Positions 6,803 to 13,691 of a stretch of 39,727 bases of DNA are shown here, piece after piece (the stretch's first letter is position 1; the number at the start of each line of letters is the position of its first letter). The notes under the pieces were generated by a model. That model saw only the letters and a list, made by a program, of their open reading frames with translations, did no database searches and was not told where the DNA came from. The position numbers and the translations under genes are program-made. This DNA is from an uncultured Chitinophagaceae bacterium (GTDB lineage Bacteria > Bacteroidota > Bacteroidia > Chitinophagales > Chitinophagaceae). The stretch is from NCBI GenBank assembly GCA_964499155.1, contig CAZCKF010000001.1, positions 1,057 to 40,783 of the forward strand. Reading direction: 5' to 3'.

Positions 6803-7735
6803 TTAAAAATCCTCGTCCTCCTGGTACACAGCTGGTCCACCAGCGGGTTGAGATTCAGCAAATGAATCTTCATCACCCGCTTCTTCTACACTCGATGGAC
6901 CACCTCCATTAAAACCGTATTCAATCGTTTCCGGAACTTTCATTGTTTCATTGCCATTAACTGCAACAACCTCCACTTCTTCGTCAACCTGTTGGCTGGC
7001 CAGGTTAGAGAAATCACCGGTCCTGACCTTCGGATAATTTTTAAAGGCATGCTTGATACATTTAACCATCCACATTCCACCGAGGCCATCCACCCACGCT
7101 TTGGATTCCTTGTCCTTAGAAAACTTCCTGAACCTCGCCATATCATCTTCGGTGATCACCTTGTAGTCGATACTGTTATCGATACGAACGATCCGGACAT
7201 AGCACGCGACGATTGTAGCATTCTCCTTCCTTGGGATTTTAGTGACATGCTTCACAAAGAATTTTTCTCCTTCATTACCGAATGAAAATTCATCACCATC
7301 ATAAACCAGGACAGGGTTATCAGCATATTTTATTTGCCCCTGCTTTTGCCTGAGGAGTAATTCACCGTATCCGGATATTTGAAGCGTCGCTCGTTTTTCC
7401 CATTTAGGATTTTGTTTTGTTCCAATGTTGGTAGCGAATGGTACCAGGTACAGGTGTTTGAAAGACGGATCGAATGAAAGGCCATTCACTGCAACATCCA
7501 TGAAACAGCCATATAGAGATAGCTTGCTGCAGGCCTTGAGATTTTCATTCTCCTGGATCAGTTTAGTGAAGTGAAATTTCTCCGCTTCATAAAATGCTTC
7601 TGATTTACTTCCAGGATGAATAACACTATATAATCTTTTGAATCGCTCGGCGATCGCAGGGATAGCCGGCAGCTGCATAGGGCTTGATTTTTCAATCACC
7701 TGCAGCAGATTTGATTTTGTATTTGTTTGTTCCAT
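6803..7735 (-). CDS. recT: RecT-family single-strand annealing recombinase
   Basis: The sequence shows features typical of RecT: LYGCFMDVAVNGLSFDP, HLYLVPF, LQISGYGELLL, MWMVKCIKHAFKNYPK and an acidic C-tail. Confidence 0.8.
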   Translation of the reverse strand: MEQTNTKSNLLQVIEKSSPMQLPAIPAIAERFKRLYSVIHPGSKSEAFYEAEKFHFTKLIQENENLKACSKLSLYGCFMDVAVNGLSFDPSFKHLYLVPFATNIGTKQNPKWEKRATLQISGYGELLLRQKQGQIKYADNPVLVYDGDEFSFGNEGEKFFVKHVTKIPRKENATIVACYVRIVRIDNSIDYKVITEDDMARFRKFSKDKESKAWVDGLGGMWMVKCIKHAFKNYPKVRTGDFSNLASQQVDEEVEVVAVNGNETMKVPETIEYGFNGGGPSSVEEAGDEDSFAESQPAGGPAVYQEDEDF

Positions 7736-7775
7736 AACTTTATAATTGGTAATTGTTAATAGTTAGCTTTCAAAG

Positions 7776-7801
7776 GACCCGGTCTGATCACCGGGTCTTT
7801 T
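7776..7801. terminator. GC-rich hairpin with flanking A/T runs (bidirectional terminator-like)
   Basis: GACCCGGT (7776-7783), loop CTGATC, ACCGGGTC (7790-7797), then TTTTGTTTT on the plus strand. The minus-strand side has only CTTTG. Confidence 0.5.
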
Positions 7802-8063
7802 GTTTTACTCTTCTTCCTGGCCGTCGGCTTCCTGTCCTTTGGAGCCTTCCTGGGCTTCCTTAGAGCCCTTCAGTTTCGGTTGAAGTAGAAGTTCCAGCAC
7901 CCTGATCATTGGTTTTCAGTTTGCTGATCATCCGTTTGCTTGTCACGCGGATCGTTCATGTGAATACCTCCCGTTTTTAATTGTTGAAAAAATTGTGAAA
8001 GAGATGCCGGAATCTCTGCCGGCTGTCACCGATTTTATTGATTCAAAATCGGTTGAAAGAACT

Positions 8064-8139
8064 TGGGGCGAAGGCGGGATTCGAACCCGCGACCTCATGG
8101 TTATGAGCCATGCGAGCTACCAAACTGCTCTACCGCGCC
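8064..8139 (-). tRNA. tRNA with CAT anticodon (Met, or Ile2 if modified with lysidine)
   Basis: Manual cloverleaf: acceptor GGCGCGG, TA, D-arm GAGC-AGTTTGGTA-GCTC, anticodon arm CATGG-CTCATAA-CCATG, variable loop AGGTC, T-arm GCGGG-TTCGAAT-CCCGC, acceptor 3' strand CTTCGCC. There is one C5:U68 mismatch and one G:U pair in the acceptor stem, and no clean encoded CCA. Confidence 0.75.
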
Positions 8140-8394
8140 ATTGCTGTAATAAATTTTTGATTCATGTCTAGGCCTTGAAAGATGCATCTGCCAATCGTTA
8201 TAGTTTCTTGCAGGTTCTGTTGGCACCACTGTCCGGAAATATTTTACCTGCCCTTGGATCTCCCGATCTTTTTCCGAGATCAAATTCTTGGTATACTTAA
8301 TCAGCCAGTTCACATAGCACAAGTATGATATAAGCCATGCACAGGCAAACAGTAAAAAAATGATAAGGCCGAATAAAATATATGCTGTTGTCAT
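8101..8394 (-). CDS. Small membrane protein, 97 aa (N-terminal TM helix)
   Basis: ATGA-type 4-nt overlap with the upstream ORF. The hydrophobic N-terminus is YILFGLIIFLLFACAWLISYL. The last ~13 codons overlap the 5' half of the tRNA. Confidence 0.55.
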   Translation of the reverse strand: MTTAYILFGLIIFLLFACAWLISYLCYVNWLIKYTKNLISEKDREIQGQVKYFRTVVPTEPARNYNDWQMHLSRPRHESKIYYSNGAVEQFGSSHGS

Positions 8395-8633
8395 AACCTT
8401 GTATAAATTGATATTGGAATAGTTGTTAGATATTGATTGAGATAAGTTGCAGACACCATGTTTTTAGTATTCCTTCTGTGAACAATTGCTGAGGCCGTTT
8501 CCGATGTTTTCACGATTCTAAAAACTTCAAGTCGCCTTTTGAGTAACTCACCATTATTCGGCTTCCATGTTATTGTAAGCGTGTTAGCTTTTGTTGAAGA
8601 TTTGTATTTGTATTTTTTCTTTGCTAAATCCAT
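8391..8633 (-). CDS. Hypothetical basic protein, 80 aa
   Basis: ORF in the operon. Its start directly abuts the stop of the 46-aa ORF. Confidence 0.55.
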   Translation of the reverse strand: MDLAKKKYKYKSSTKANTLTITWKPNNGELLKRRLEVFRIVKTSETASAIVHRRNTKNMVSATYLNQYLTTIPISIYTRL

Positions 8634-8774
8634 TTAATTATTCCTTTCAGCAAATGATTTATAGAGATCCATTGCATTTAGTTGCTCATTCCACGTAAAA
8701 AACCGAAGGCCCTTGCTTAGTGCAAACATTCTTAGTGCTTTGAAATATGGAATTGCTGGAATCTTATTTTTCAT
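8634..8774 (-). CDS. Small hypothetical protein, 46 aa (below the ORF-track cutoff)
   Basis: ATG at 8774 overlaps the Xis-like stop in an ATGA arrangement. TAA at 8636-8634 is followed immediately by the next ATG (8633). Translation: MKNKIPAIPYFKALRMFALSKGLRFFTWNEQLNAMDLYKSFAERNN. Confidence 0.5.
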   Translation of the reverse strand: MKNKIPAIPYFKALRMFALSKGLRFFTWNEQLNAMDLYKSFAERNN

Positions 8775-8956
8775 GCTACTTTGGATTTTACGGTTCGTTT
8801 TTCCAACCAACCATCAAGGTGTCTCTGAACAAACCTGGTTTCTCCGTTGACTTTTATAAATGGAATTTTTCTTTTAGCTGTCCAGGAATAGAGGGTTTTC
8901 TCTTTAATCTTCAGTATTACCGCAACCTCCTGTACCGTTAATAAAGTCTCAGTCAT
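8771..8956 (-). CDS. Excisionase/AlpA-like helix-turn-helix protein, 61 aa
   Basis: LTVQEVAVILKIKEKTLYSWTAKRKIPFIKVNGETRF matches the HTH_17/excisionase-family pattern. Confidence 0.7.
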   Translation of the reverse strand: MTETLLTVQEVAVILKIKEKTLYSWTAKRKIPFIKVNGETRFVQRHLDGWLEKRTVKSKVA

Positions 8957-9566
8957 TTTTTAAAACTTCACAGTGAGTAATATCAAAACGTCCGTAGGTT
9001 GGTCTGAAATCACCCACGCCTATTAACTTCCCCGCCGTTTGTAAAACCTCATTGAAAAATTGGAAATCGATGTACTCGGGTGTGTTAACAGATAATACCA
9101 ACTCTGCAGTCCATCCTTTCAGGAATGCCGGACGCATCCTGGTAATACCATTTCGTTGCACCACTACCCTGCGCTGATCCAGGAAATCCCACTTATCAGT
9201 TCCTCCATTTATTTTCGCCAATTCAGTTAGAGAAATAATTCCCGCTTTGAAAAGATCAAATGCACTCTTCCTGGGAGAACGAGGATCCTGCTTGAACTTC
9301 GCAGCAAAGACCATTGCCATACGCACGTATTCACCTGGTAAGCATACATGGCCATCTTCATCGCGATAAATAAATGATTCCAGGTTATCGGATTTCTTTT
9401 CAGCAGATCCTTTTTTCGCTTTCGATTTTGAATCGATCACTTCACAATCCCATTTATGAAAGAGAATCGGACAGCTGCCAGTTATTTCAACCTGAACGCT
9501 GTAGGGCATGTCCTGCTTCACATTGTTGGAAACACCGTTGAGTAATTCTGAAGTGACTGTTTTCAT
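8949..9566 (-). CDS. Hypothetical protein, 205 aa, translationally coupled to the Xis-like gene
   Basis: ORF with an 8-nt overlap to the downstream gene. The C-terminal glycine-rich motif IGVGDFRPTYGRF is only vaguely RAMP-like, so no family is assigned. Confidence 0.6.
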   Translation of the reverse strand: MKTVTSELLNGVSNNVKQDMPYSVQVEITGSCPILFHKWDCEVIDSKSKAKKGSAEKKSDNLESFIYRDEDGHVCLPGEYVRMAMVFAAKFKQDPRSPRKSAFDLFKAGIISLTELAKINGGTDKWDFLDQRRVVVQRNGITRMRPAFLKGWTAELVLSVNTPEYIDFQFFNEVLQTAGKLIGVGDFRPTYGRFDITHCEVLKND

Positions 9567-9580
9567 TATTTATTTTTATT

Positions 9581-10019
9581 TAAAAGAATCCATACCTGAC
9601 CTAACCGCATTCAGACGCACCTCTCCTCGCCTTACCATGGCGCACCGGTACTCGACACACCTCACATTTTGTAAAAAAAAATCCTCGCCGAACCCTGCCT
9701 CACCAAACCAAACCCAACGCCACCAAGCCGAACCGAACCATTAATTTCGATGCGTATTAATTTTATAGAGAAATCCCTAGCAAACCTGGCCCCACCCTAC
9801 CCGACCACACCCAGACTTTCCACGCCGACAATATTTTAAAAAAACCTAACCTTACCTCAGCCTACCACTCCCGACCCTGCCATACCGTTGCGGGCCACAC
9901 CTACACCAATGCGCACCATTAATATTTTTAAAATAAACCGCACCTTACCTCTCCTTGCTCCGCCGCAGCCCACCTTAACACTCCGCACCCAACCCCAATT
10001 ATTTGATTATTAAATAATG
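9581..10019. repeat. Non-coding, strand-asymmetric (C-rich/G-poor on the plus strand) array of five degenerate 73-92-bp units
   Basis: Each unit begins TAAAA(N)A..CC and ends in an AT-rich ATTTT/ATTAAT block (unit starts about 9581, 9672, 9764, 9837, 9929). Shared words include ACCTTACCTC (9849, 9942), CCATTAAT (9738, 9916) and CGCACC (five copies). There are 27 C versus 8 G in 9841-9900, and 23 C versus 5 G in 9661-9720. No credible ORF on either strand. Confidence 0.7.
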
Positions 10020-10059
10020 TTCTATATTTATTTTCCCCATTTTATTCTTGCGGCTATTC

Positions 10060-10284
10060 CTATGCAATAGCCTGATCCCTATCGCTTATCCTTGTTCTGA
10101 AAAACTGGAGTAATTCAATTGCTGTATCCAGATCCTTTCCGCGCCCATTTAGGTACTGAACTATGGTAGTTTCCGAAAACATCTTTTTGGCCTCTCGCCT
10201 ATCTGAAGTTGTCACATTGGGGTACAGCTCCAATAGCGCTGCATTTACCTTATCCAACTGGCTACCATTTTGTGTTGTTTCCAT
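10060..10284 (-). CDS. Cro-like small regulator, 74 aa from the ATG at 10284
   Basis: Divergent from the HTH repressor gene. The internal Met (METTQNG) is the likely start, because the longer ORF would consume the whole operator region. TTIVQYLNGRGKDLDTAIELLQFF looks HTH-like. Confidence 0.55.
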   Translation of the reverse strand: METTQNGSQLDKVNAALLELYPNVTTSDRREAKKMFSETTIVQYLNGRGKDLDTAIELLQFFRTRISDRDQAIA

Positions 10285-10408
10285 TATAGTCTTATATTGT
10301 TTTCGCTTTATTGATACAATAATACGACAATGGATAGACATTTTCCAAATAATTTCGACAATATTTTTACAACATTGTTGCATTCACCTATAATCCATTT
10401 ATAATCAT
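10285..10408. promoter_or_regulatory. Divergent promoter/operator region of the immunity switch
   Basis: A 124-bp AT-rich gap between divergent regulators. It contains the perfect palindrome CAACATTGTTG (10370-10380), direct repeats CGACAAT (10325-10331, 10356-10362; 31 bp apart) and a related ATACAAT (10314-10320). TATAAT hexamers lie at 10389-10394 and 10400-10405, just before the ATG at 10409. Confidence 0.5.
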
Positions 10409-10921
10409 ATGGCTGCTGGACATGAAATAAGGCGGTTACGAGGAAAGATTGCAGCAGCAAGGGTAGCTCAGCTGATAGGCATTGATGTAGGACGTTTACG
10501 AAAATGGGAAGAAAGAGATACTGATCCAAAAGACACTGGAGACATACAGAAAATTGAGACTTATTTCGGAAGACCATTAAAGGAACTGCCTGAAATTAAA
10601 TCTTTCGAATTTGTCCAAAAACCAACCCGCTCTGATGCAGGTATAAAAGATGACCTCATCGAGGCTCTCAAAGAAAGTAACCGACTCCTGAAAGAAGCAC
10701 TGGAAGTTAATTCAGATGAACTACATCGAAATATTCTGTTAACTCGATCCTTGGCTGAAACGAACCAGGATATTCTAATTGAACTACTGGCGAAACAAAG
10801 AAAACAGGATCAGAAGACTGTTGTCTTAGAAATGAACAAAGCGAATGCCGACAAACTTCATCGAATGCAAGCAGAGGACAACCTTTCCGGTAGGGGCAAA
10901 CGGCGCATTTTTTCATCATAG
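10409..10921 (+). CDS. XRE/cI-like HTH repressor with a coiled-coil C-terminal half, 170 aa
   Basis: The N-terminus IRRLRGKIAAARVAQLIGIDVGRLRKWEERDTDP is a typical HTH_3 pattern. No S24 peptidase motif is seen. Confidence 0.7.
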   Translation: MAAGHEIRRLRGKIAAARVAQLIGIDVGRLRKWEERDTDPKDTGDIQKIETYFGRPLKELPEIKSFEFVQKPTRSDAGIKDDLIEALKESNRLLKEALEVNSDELHRNILLTRSLAETNQDILIELLAKQRKQDQKTVVLEMNKANADKLHRMQAEDNLSGRGKRRIFSS

Positions 10922-11173
10922 TACTCATAACTTTTCTCGTGTTTTACAGCTTTAAAAATGCGAATCATAATGGATCGTATCAGATTAGCTGCAACTTAAT
11001 CCATACCTAGTAAATTTACTAAGTAATTTAGCAATTTAGTTATTCACATAGACTGGGCAAAGGTGTTTTAGCTGATTGATGCTGTTTTATCAACATTATT
11101 AAATGGTGATTTCCTCATTATCTGAAATTTGTAATGAGGAGTTAAGGCTATGTACTTTTACAAAAACGATAAT

Positions 11174-11701
11174 ATGAAAAAAAAATTCTTCGCATTTGTC
11201 ATTGCTGTTACACTGACATCCTGCTTTGGCGGCATGATTCCATTAAAAGGAAAGTATCAGGACGCTCCTTTTCAAGCTACATCTACAAATAACAAAGAAG
11301 TTGTATGGGGTAAGGTGATTGATATGTTTGCTCAAAAGGGCCTATCAATTAAAATCATTGATAAAAGCAGCGGTCTGATTGTATCCGAGAGATCGAAACT
11401 ATTGTGGACGTATGAAGATAAAAACGGTCAACTCGAAAATTCTGATGCACATATCGTTATTGAGAAGCCAAAAAAACAAGGTGTTGGTGTTATTAATCCA
11501 CAAGAACCGTTAGCTGTTACTGGCGAATGGAATATTAGAGTTAAAGATTCTGATAATGGAGGCACATTAATTAATGTGAATCTGGTTAATATTAAGCAAA
11601 CTATTCCTGGTGCAAATAGATATTCCGGAAACCAAGAAGTTTCCGTTTCCGGAACGTCAACAGGAAACTTTGAAAAAATTATTTACGACACAGTCAAGTG
11701 A
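11174..11701 (+). CDS. Lipoprotein, 175 aa from the ATG at 11174
   Basis: MKKKFFAFVIAVTLTSC has a lipobox LTSC. The ORF-track start at 11150 adds 8 residues upstream. Confidence 0.65.
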   Translation: MKKKFFAFVIAVTLTSCFGGMIPLKGKYQDAPFQATSTNNKEVVWGKVIDMFAQKGLSIKIIDKSSGLIVSERSKLLWTYEDKNGQLENSDAHIVIEKPKKQGVGVINPQEPLAVTGEWNIRVKDSDNGGTLINVNLVNIKQTIPGANRYSGNQEVSVSGTSTGNFEKIIYDTVK

Positions 11702-11925
11702 CAGCTGAAGATTGGCAAAAATTACAAAGTAGTTATACAGCAATTTTAAAAGACATATTGGAAGGCAAGAATCTCGAAGTTCATTTAAAGGATGTTGAAT
11801 CAGCTATCCATGAAATTGAAACAATAATTGGTGCGGAGATCTCTCAAGGAAATGCAACCCCGGGGCTAAACGATATAAAGAACGATTTTTACTACTTGAA
11901 ATATGAGATCCTGGAGCGGACTTAA
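11698..11925 (+). CDS. Hypothetical helical protein, 75 aa (GTG start overlapping the upstream stop)
   Basis: GTGA overlap with the lipoprotein gene stop, which suggests coupling. Confidence 0.45.
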   Translation: MTAEDWQKLQSSYTAILKDILEGKNLEVHLKDVESAIHEIETIIGAEISQGNATPGLNDIKNDFYYLKYEILERT

Positions 11926-12107
11926 TCTTCACCTGGAGGATTCGACGGTGGATCTTTCTTTTTTGTTTTGGGATAATCAGATCCAGGATGTATTGATCGA
12001 ACTGAACCGATGATTGTAATAATCGGTTCACCAAATACATCGTTTGGATTGCCTATATTATATTTCTCTATTGCTTTCCGTTCTTCAGGCGAAAGATTAT
12101 CATCCAT
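11922..12107 (-). CDS. Hypothetical protein, 61 aa
   Basis: ORF convergent with 11698..11925 (4-nt overlap of the 3' ends). Confidence 0.4.
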   Translation of the reverse strand: MDDNLSPEERKAIEKYNIGNPNDVFGEPIITIIGSVRSIHPGSDYPKTKKKDPPSNPPGED

Positions 12108-12122
12108 GATTCAATTTATTTA

Positions 12123-12440
12123 TTACTTCACCCTAAGAGAATCAAAGTAATGTTTCATTTCTTCAACCTTTTGTTTGGGAAGAATTATAGTTGTGTCAAC
12201 CGGCAGACTGGTAATTTTCAAGTCCCCCTTGTAGTCTCTAACCTTGCAATAGCCGCATGAATCACAGATAAGCGACATGACCGTTATTTTATTATTGCTG
12301 CCTAAAATATCTCCTTCGAATAAAACCCGGTCAAATAACTTTCCCTTTGCCGGGTGATGGTATTTTCCCTGATTCTTTTTTAAAGTGAAGCAGCTGCTTA
12401 ATATGAAAATGATAAAGAAGAATAAAATGAACCTTAACAT
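12123..12440 (-). CDS. Lipoprotein, 105 aa
   Basis: MLRFILFFFIIFILSSC has a lipobox LSSC. Confidence 0.6.
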   Translation of the reverse strand: MLRFILFFFIIFILSSCFTLKKNQGKYHHPAKGKLFDRVLFEGDILGSNNKITVMSLICDSCGYCKVRDYKGDLKITSLPVDTTIILPKQKVEEMKHYFDSLRVK

Positions 12441-12488
12441 GAAAGCTAATTAATTGTAATTTTAATCAGCTTTAAAATTTAATGAACA

Positions 12489-12530
12489 AACCCGGGACGG
12501 TGTCTACTGTTCTGGGTTTTCTGTTTTGAG
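12489..12530. terminator. Hairpin plus T-run between the integrase and lipoprotein genes
   Basis: AACCCGGGAC (12489-12498), 10-nt loop, GTTCTGGGTT (12509-12518), then TTCTGTTTTG. All 10 pairs form on the plus-strand RNA (two are G:U). The minus-strand version has two A:C mismatches. Confidence 0.45.
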
Positions 12531-12554
12531 TAGTGAACAAAACTACAAAAATAA

Positions 12555-13691
12555 TCAGCGATACAATTTAGCTACTTCCTTATCCAGGCTTTCATCATCA
12601 AGAGCCTGCAGATATCTTTCTGTGATCAGTGTGCTGGAATGACCAAGACTGTCTTTAATCGCTGAAATATTTCCTGATTTCTGTTTCATGTGAAATGCAA
12701 AACTGTGCCGGCTGATGTGCATGGTGACGTGCTTTTGAATTTTAGCAATGCCAGCTGCAATCTTCAAATTGCGGTTTACCATTGTATTTATGATATCAAG
12801 GGCTTTCCTTCTTTTTTCTTCACCAAGTGGAAGATCTTCTTTCAGATATGGAAATAAGAAAGGTCCTGAATACCGGTCTATGATCGCCTGAAGTTTGGGA
12901 TGAATCTGGACAGAAAGAAATGCCTTACCCTTATTTATTTTGAAATATATCCTTCCATTTTTTATATCAGATCTTTTTGCAGTGATGCAGTTTTCAAACC
13001 TGACACCCTTTGAATAGTAAGCAAACATGAAGAGATCCCTTGCCATCCGGGTTTGATCATCTGGCAGCTCCACTGATTCCAATGCTTTTATTTCCGCCTC
13101 TGTCAGTTTTTCTTTTTTGGTAGGGACCTTACCAATCGTAAATTGTTTAAAAGGGTTAGGGTGCCTGGCACGTCCTTCCTGGATAGCTTTTTCAAATAAC
13201 TGTCTCAGTTTTGCAAACTTGTTTTCCCTGGTATTCTGATGATTCTCTTTCAAGTAAATGTTGAGCTTGCGTAAATGATCCTGTGTAATATCTTCAAAGG
13301 TTATTTCACCAAGCGATTCCTTTACTTCCGTTGCAAGCCTTTCTGTTTTCCGGTACATGGTATATTTCCCTTCATCCTTGTATTGGCTTGCCCGGTGGAT
13401 AAGATATCCTGTAAATGAATTGCCGGTTTCCTTTTTGAAAACATCATCCAGGTTATAGATGGTATGGGAGGAAATATATCTTCGAACAGTAGAAAGAAGA
13501 TCATCAATCTTTGAGTTGATGATTGCTGCATCTGGATGTTTCCTGACTGCATTATCTGCCCATTGCGACTCTTTTATTTTAAAGCCAGTAGGTATCAACT
13601 TTTGTTTTCTTCCTAAGATTAACCGTATAACAAGAGGATAGGTATCATCTTTTGACTTATATCGTTTGTTCAGAAAAACTCGTGAAGTCAT
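12555..13691 (-). CDS. int: Tyrosine recombinase / phage integrase (Bacteroidota-style, N-terminal arm-binding plus SAM-like plus catalytic domains)
   Basis: Catalytic residues lie in ...VRFENCITAKRSDI... and HISRHSFAFH...LGHSSTLITERYL (R, H-x-x-R, H, Y). The N-terminus LNKRYKSKDDTYPLVIRL is typical of this integrase class. Confidence 0.85.
   Translation of the reverse strand: MTSRVFLNKRYKSKDDTYPLVIRLILGRKQKLIPTGFKIKESQWADNAVRKHPDAAIINSKIDDLLSTVRRYISSHTIYNLDDVFKKETGNSFTGYLIHRASQYKDEGKYTMYRKTERLATEVKESLGEITFEDITQDHLRKLNIYLKENHQNTRENKFAKLRQLFEKAIQEGRARHPNPFKQFTIGKVPTKKEKLTEAEIKALESVELPDDQTRMARDLFMFAYYSKGVRFENCITAKRSDIKNGRIYFKINKGKAFLSVQIHPKLQAIIDRYSGPFLFPYLKEDLPLGEEKRRKALDIINTMVNRNLKIAAGIAKIQKHVTMHISRHSFAFHMKQKSGNISAIKDSLGHSSTLITERYLQALDDESLDKEVAKLYR

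Noticed and set aside
5326-6876. Full-length 516-aa version of the coiled-coil ORF
   Set aside because: The first 31 codons overlap recT by 74 nt. The internal ATG at 6783 gives normal spacing.
7805-7909. 34-codon minus-strand ORF (MIRVLELLLQPKLKGSKEAQEGSKGQEADGQEEE) ending just before the 7776-7797 hairpin
   Set aside because: It is short and of low complexity, arising from GCYTTCCTK repeats, and I can verify no start context. It is noted only as a possibility.
8064-8139. tRNA as a prophage/host junction (attL/attR)
   Set aside because: Phage-type operons continue without interruption on both sides, the integrase is 4.4 kb away, and I saw no duplicated tRNA 3' segment in the window. It is more simply a phage-carried tRNA.
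9508-9744. 78-aa plus-strand ORF crossing into the C-rich array
   Set aside because: It starts antisense inside the 205-aa gene. Its Pro/Thr/His-rich sequence is a by-product of the C-rich composition.
9581-10019. CRISPR array
   Set aside because: The repeated parts are short, AT-rich and degenerate. The inter-repeat segments all share the same extreme C bias and share words with one another, unlike spacers. No cas genes are present.
10052-10072. 7-bp hairpin GGCTATT-N7-AATAGCC at the Cro-like stop as a terminator
   Set aside because: No T-run follows it on either strand.
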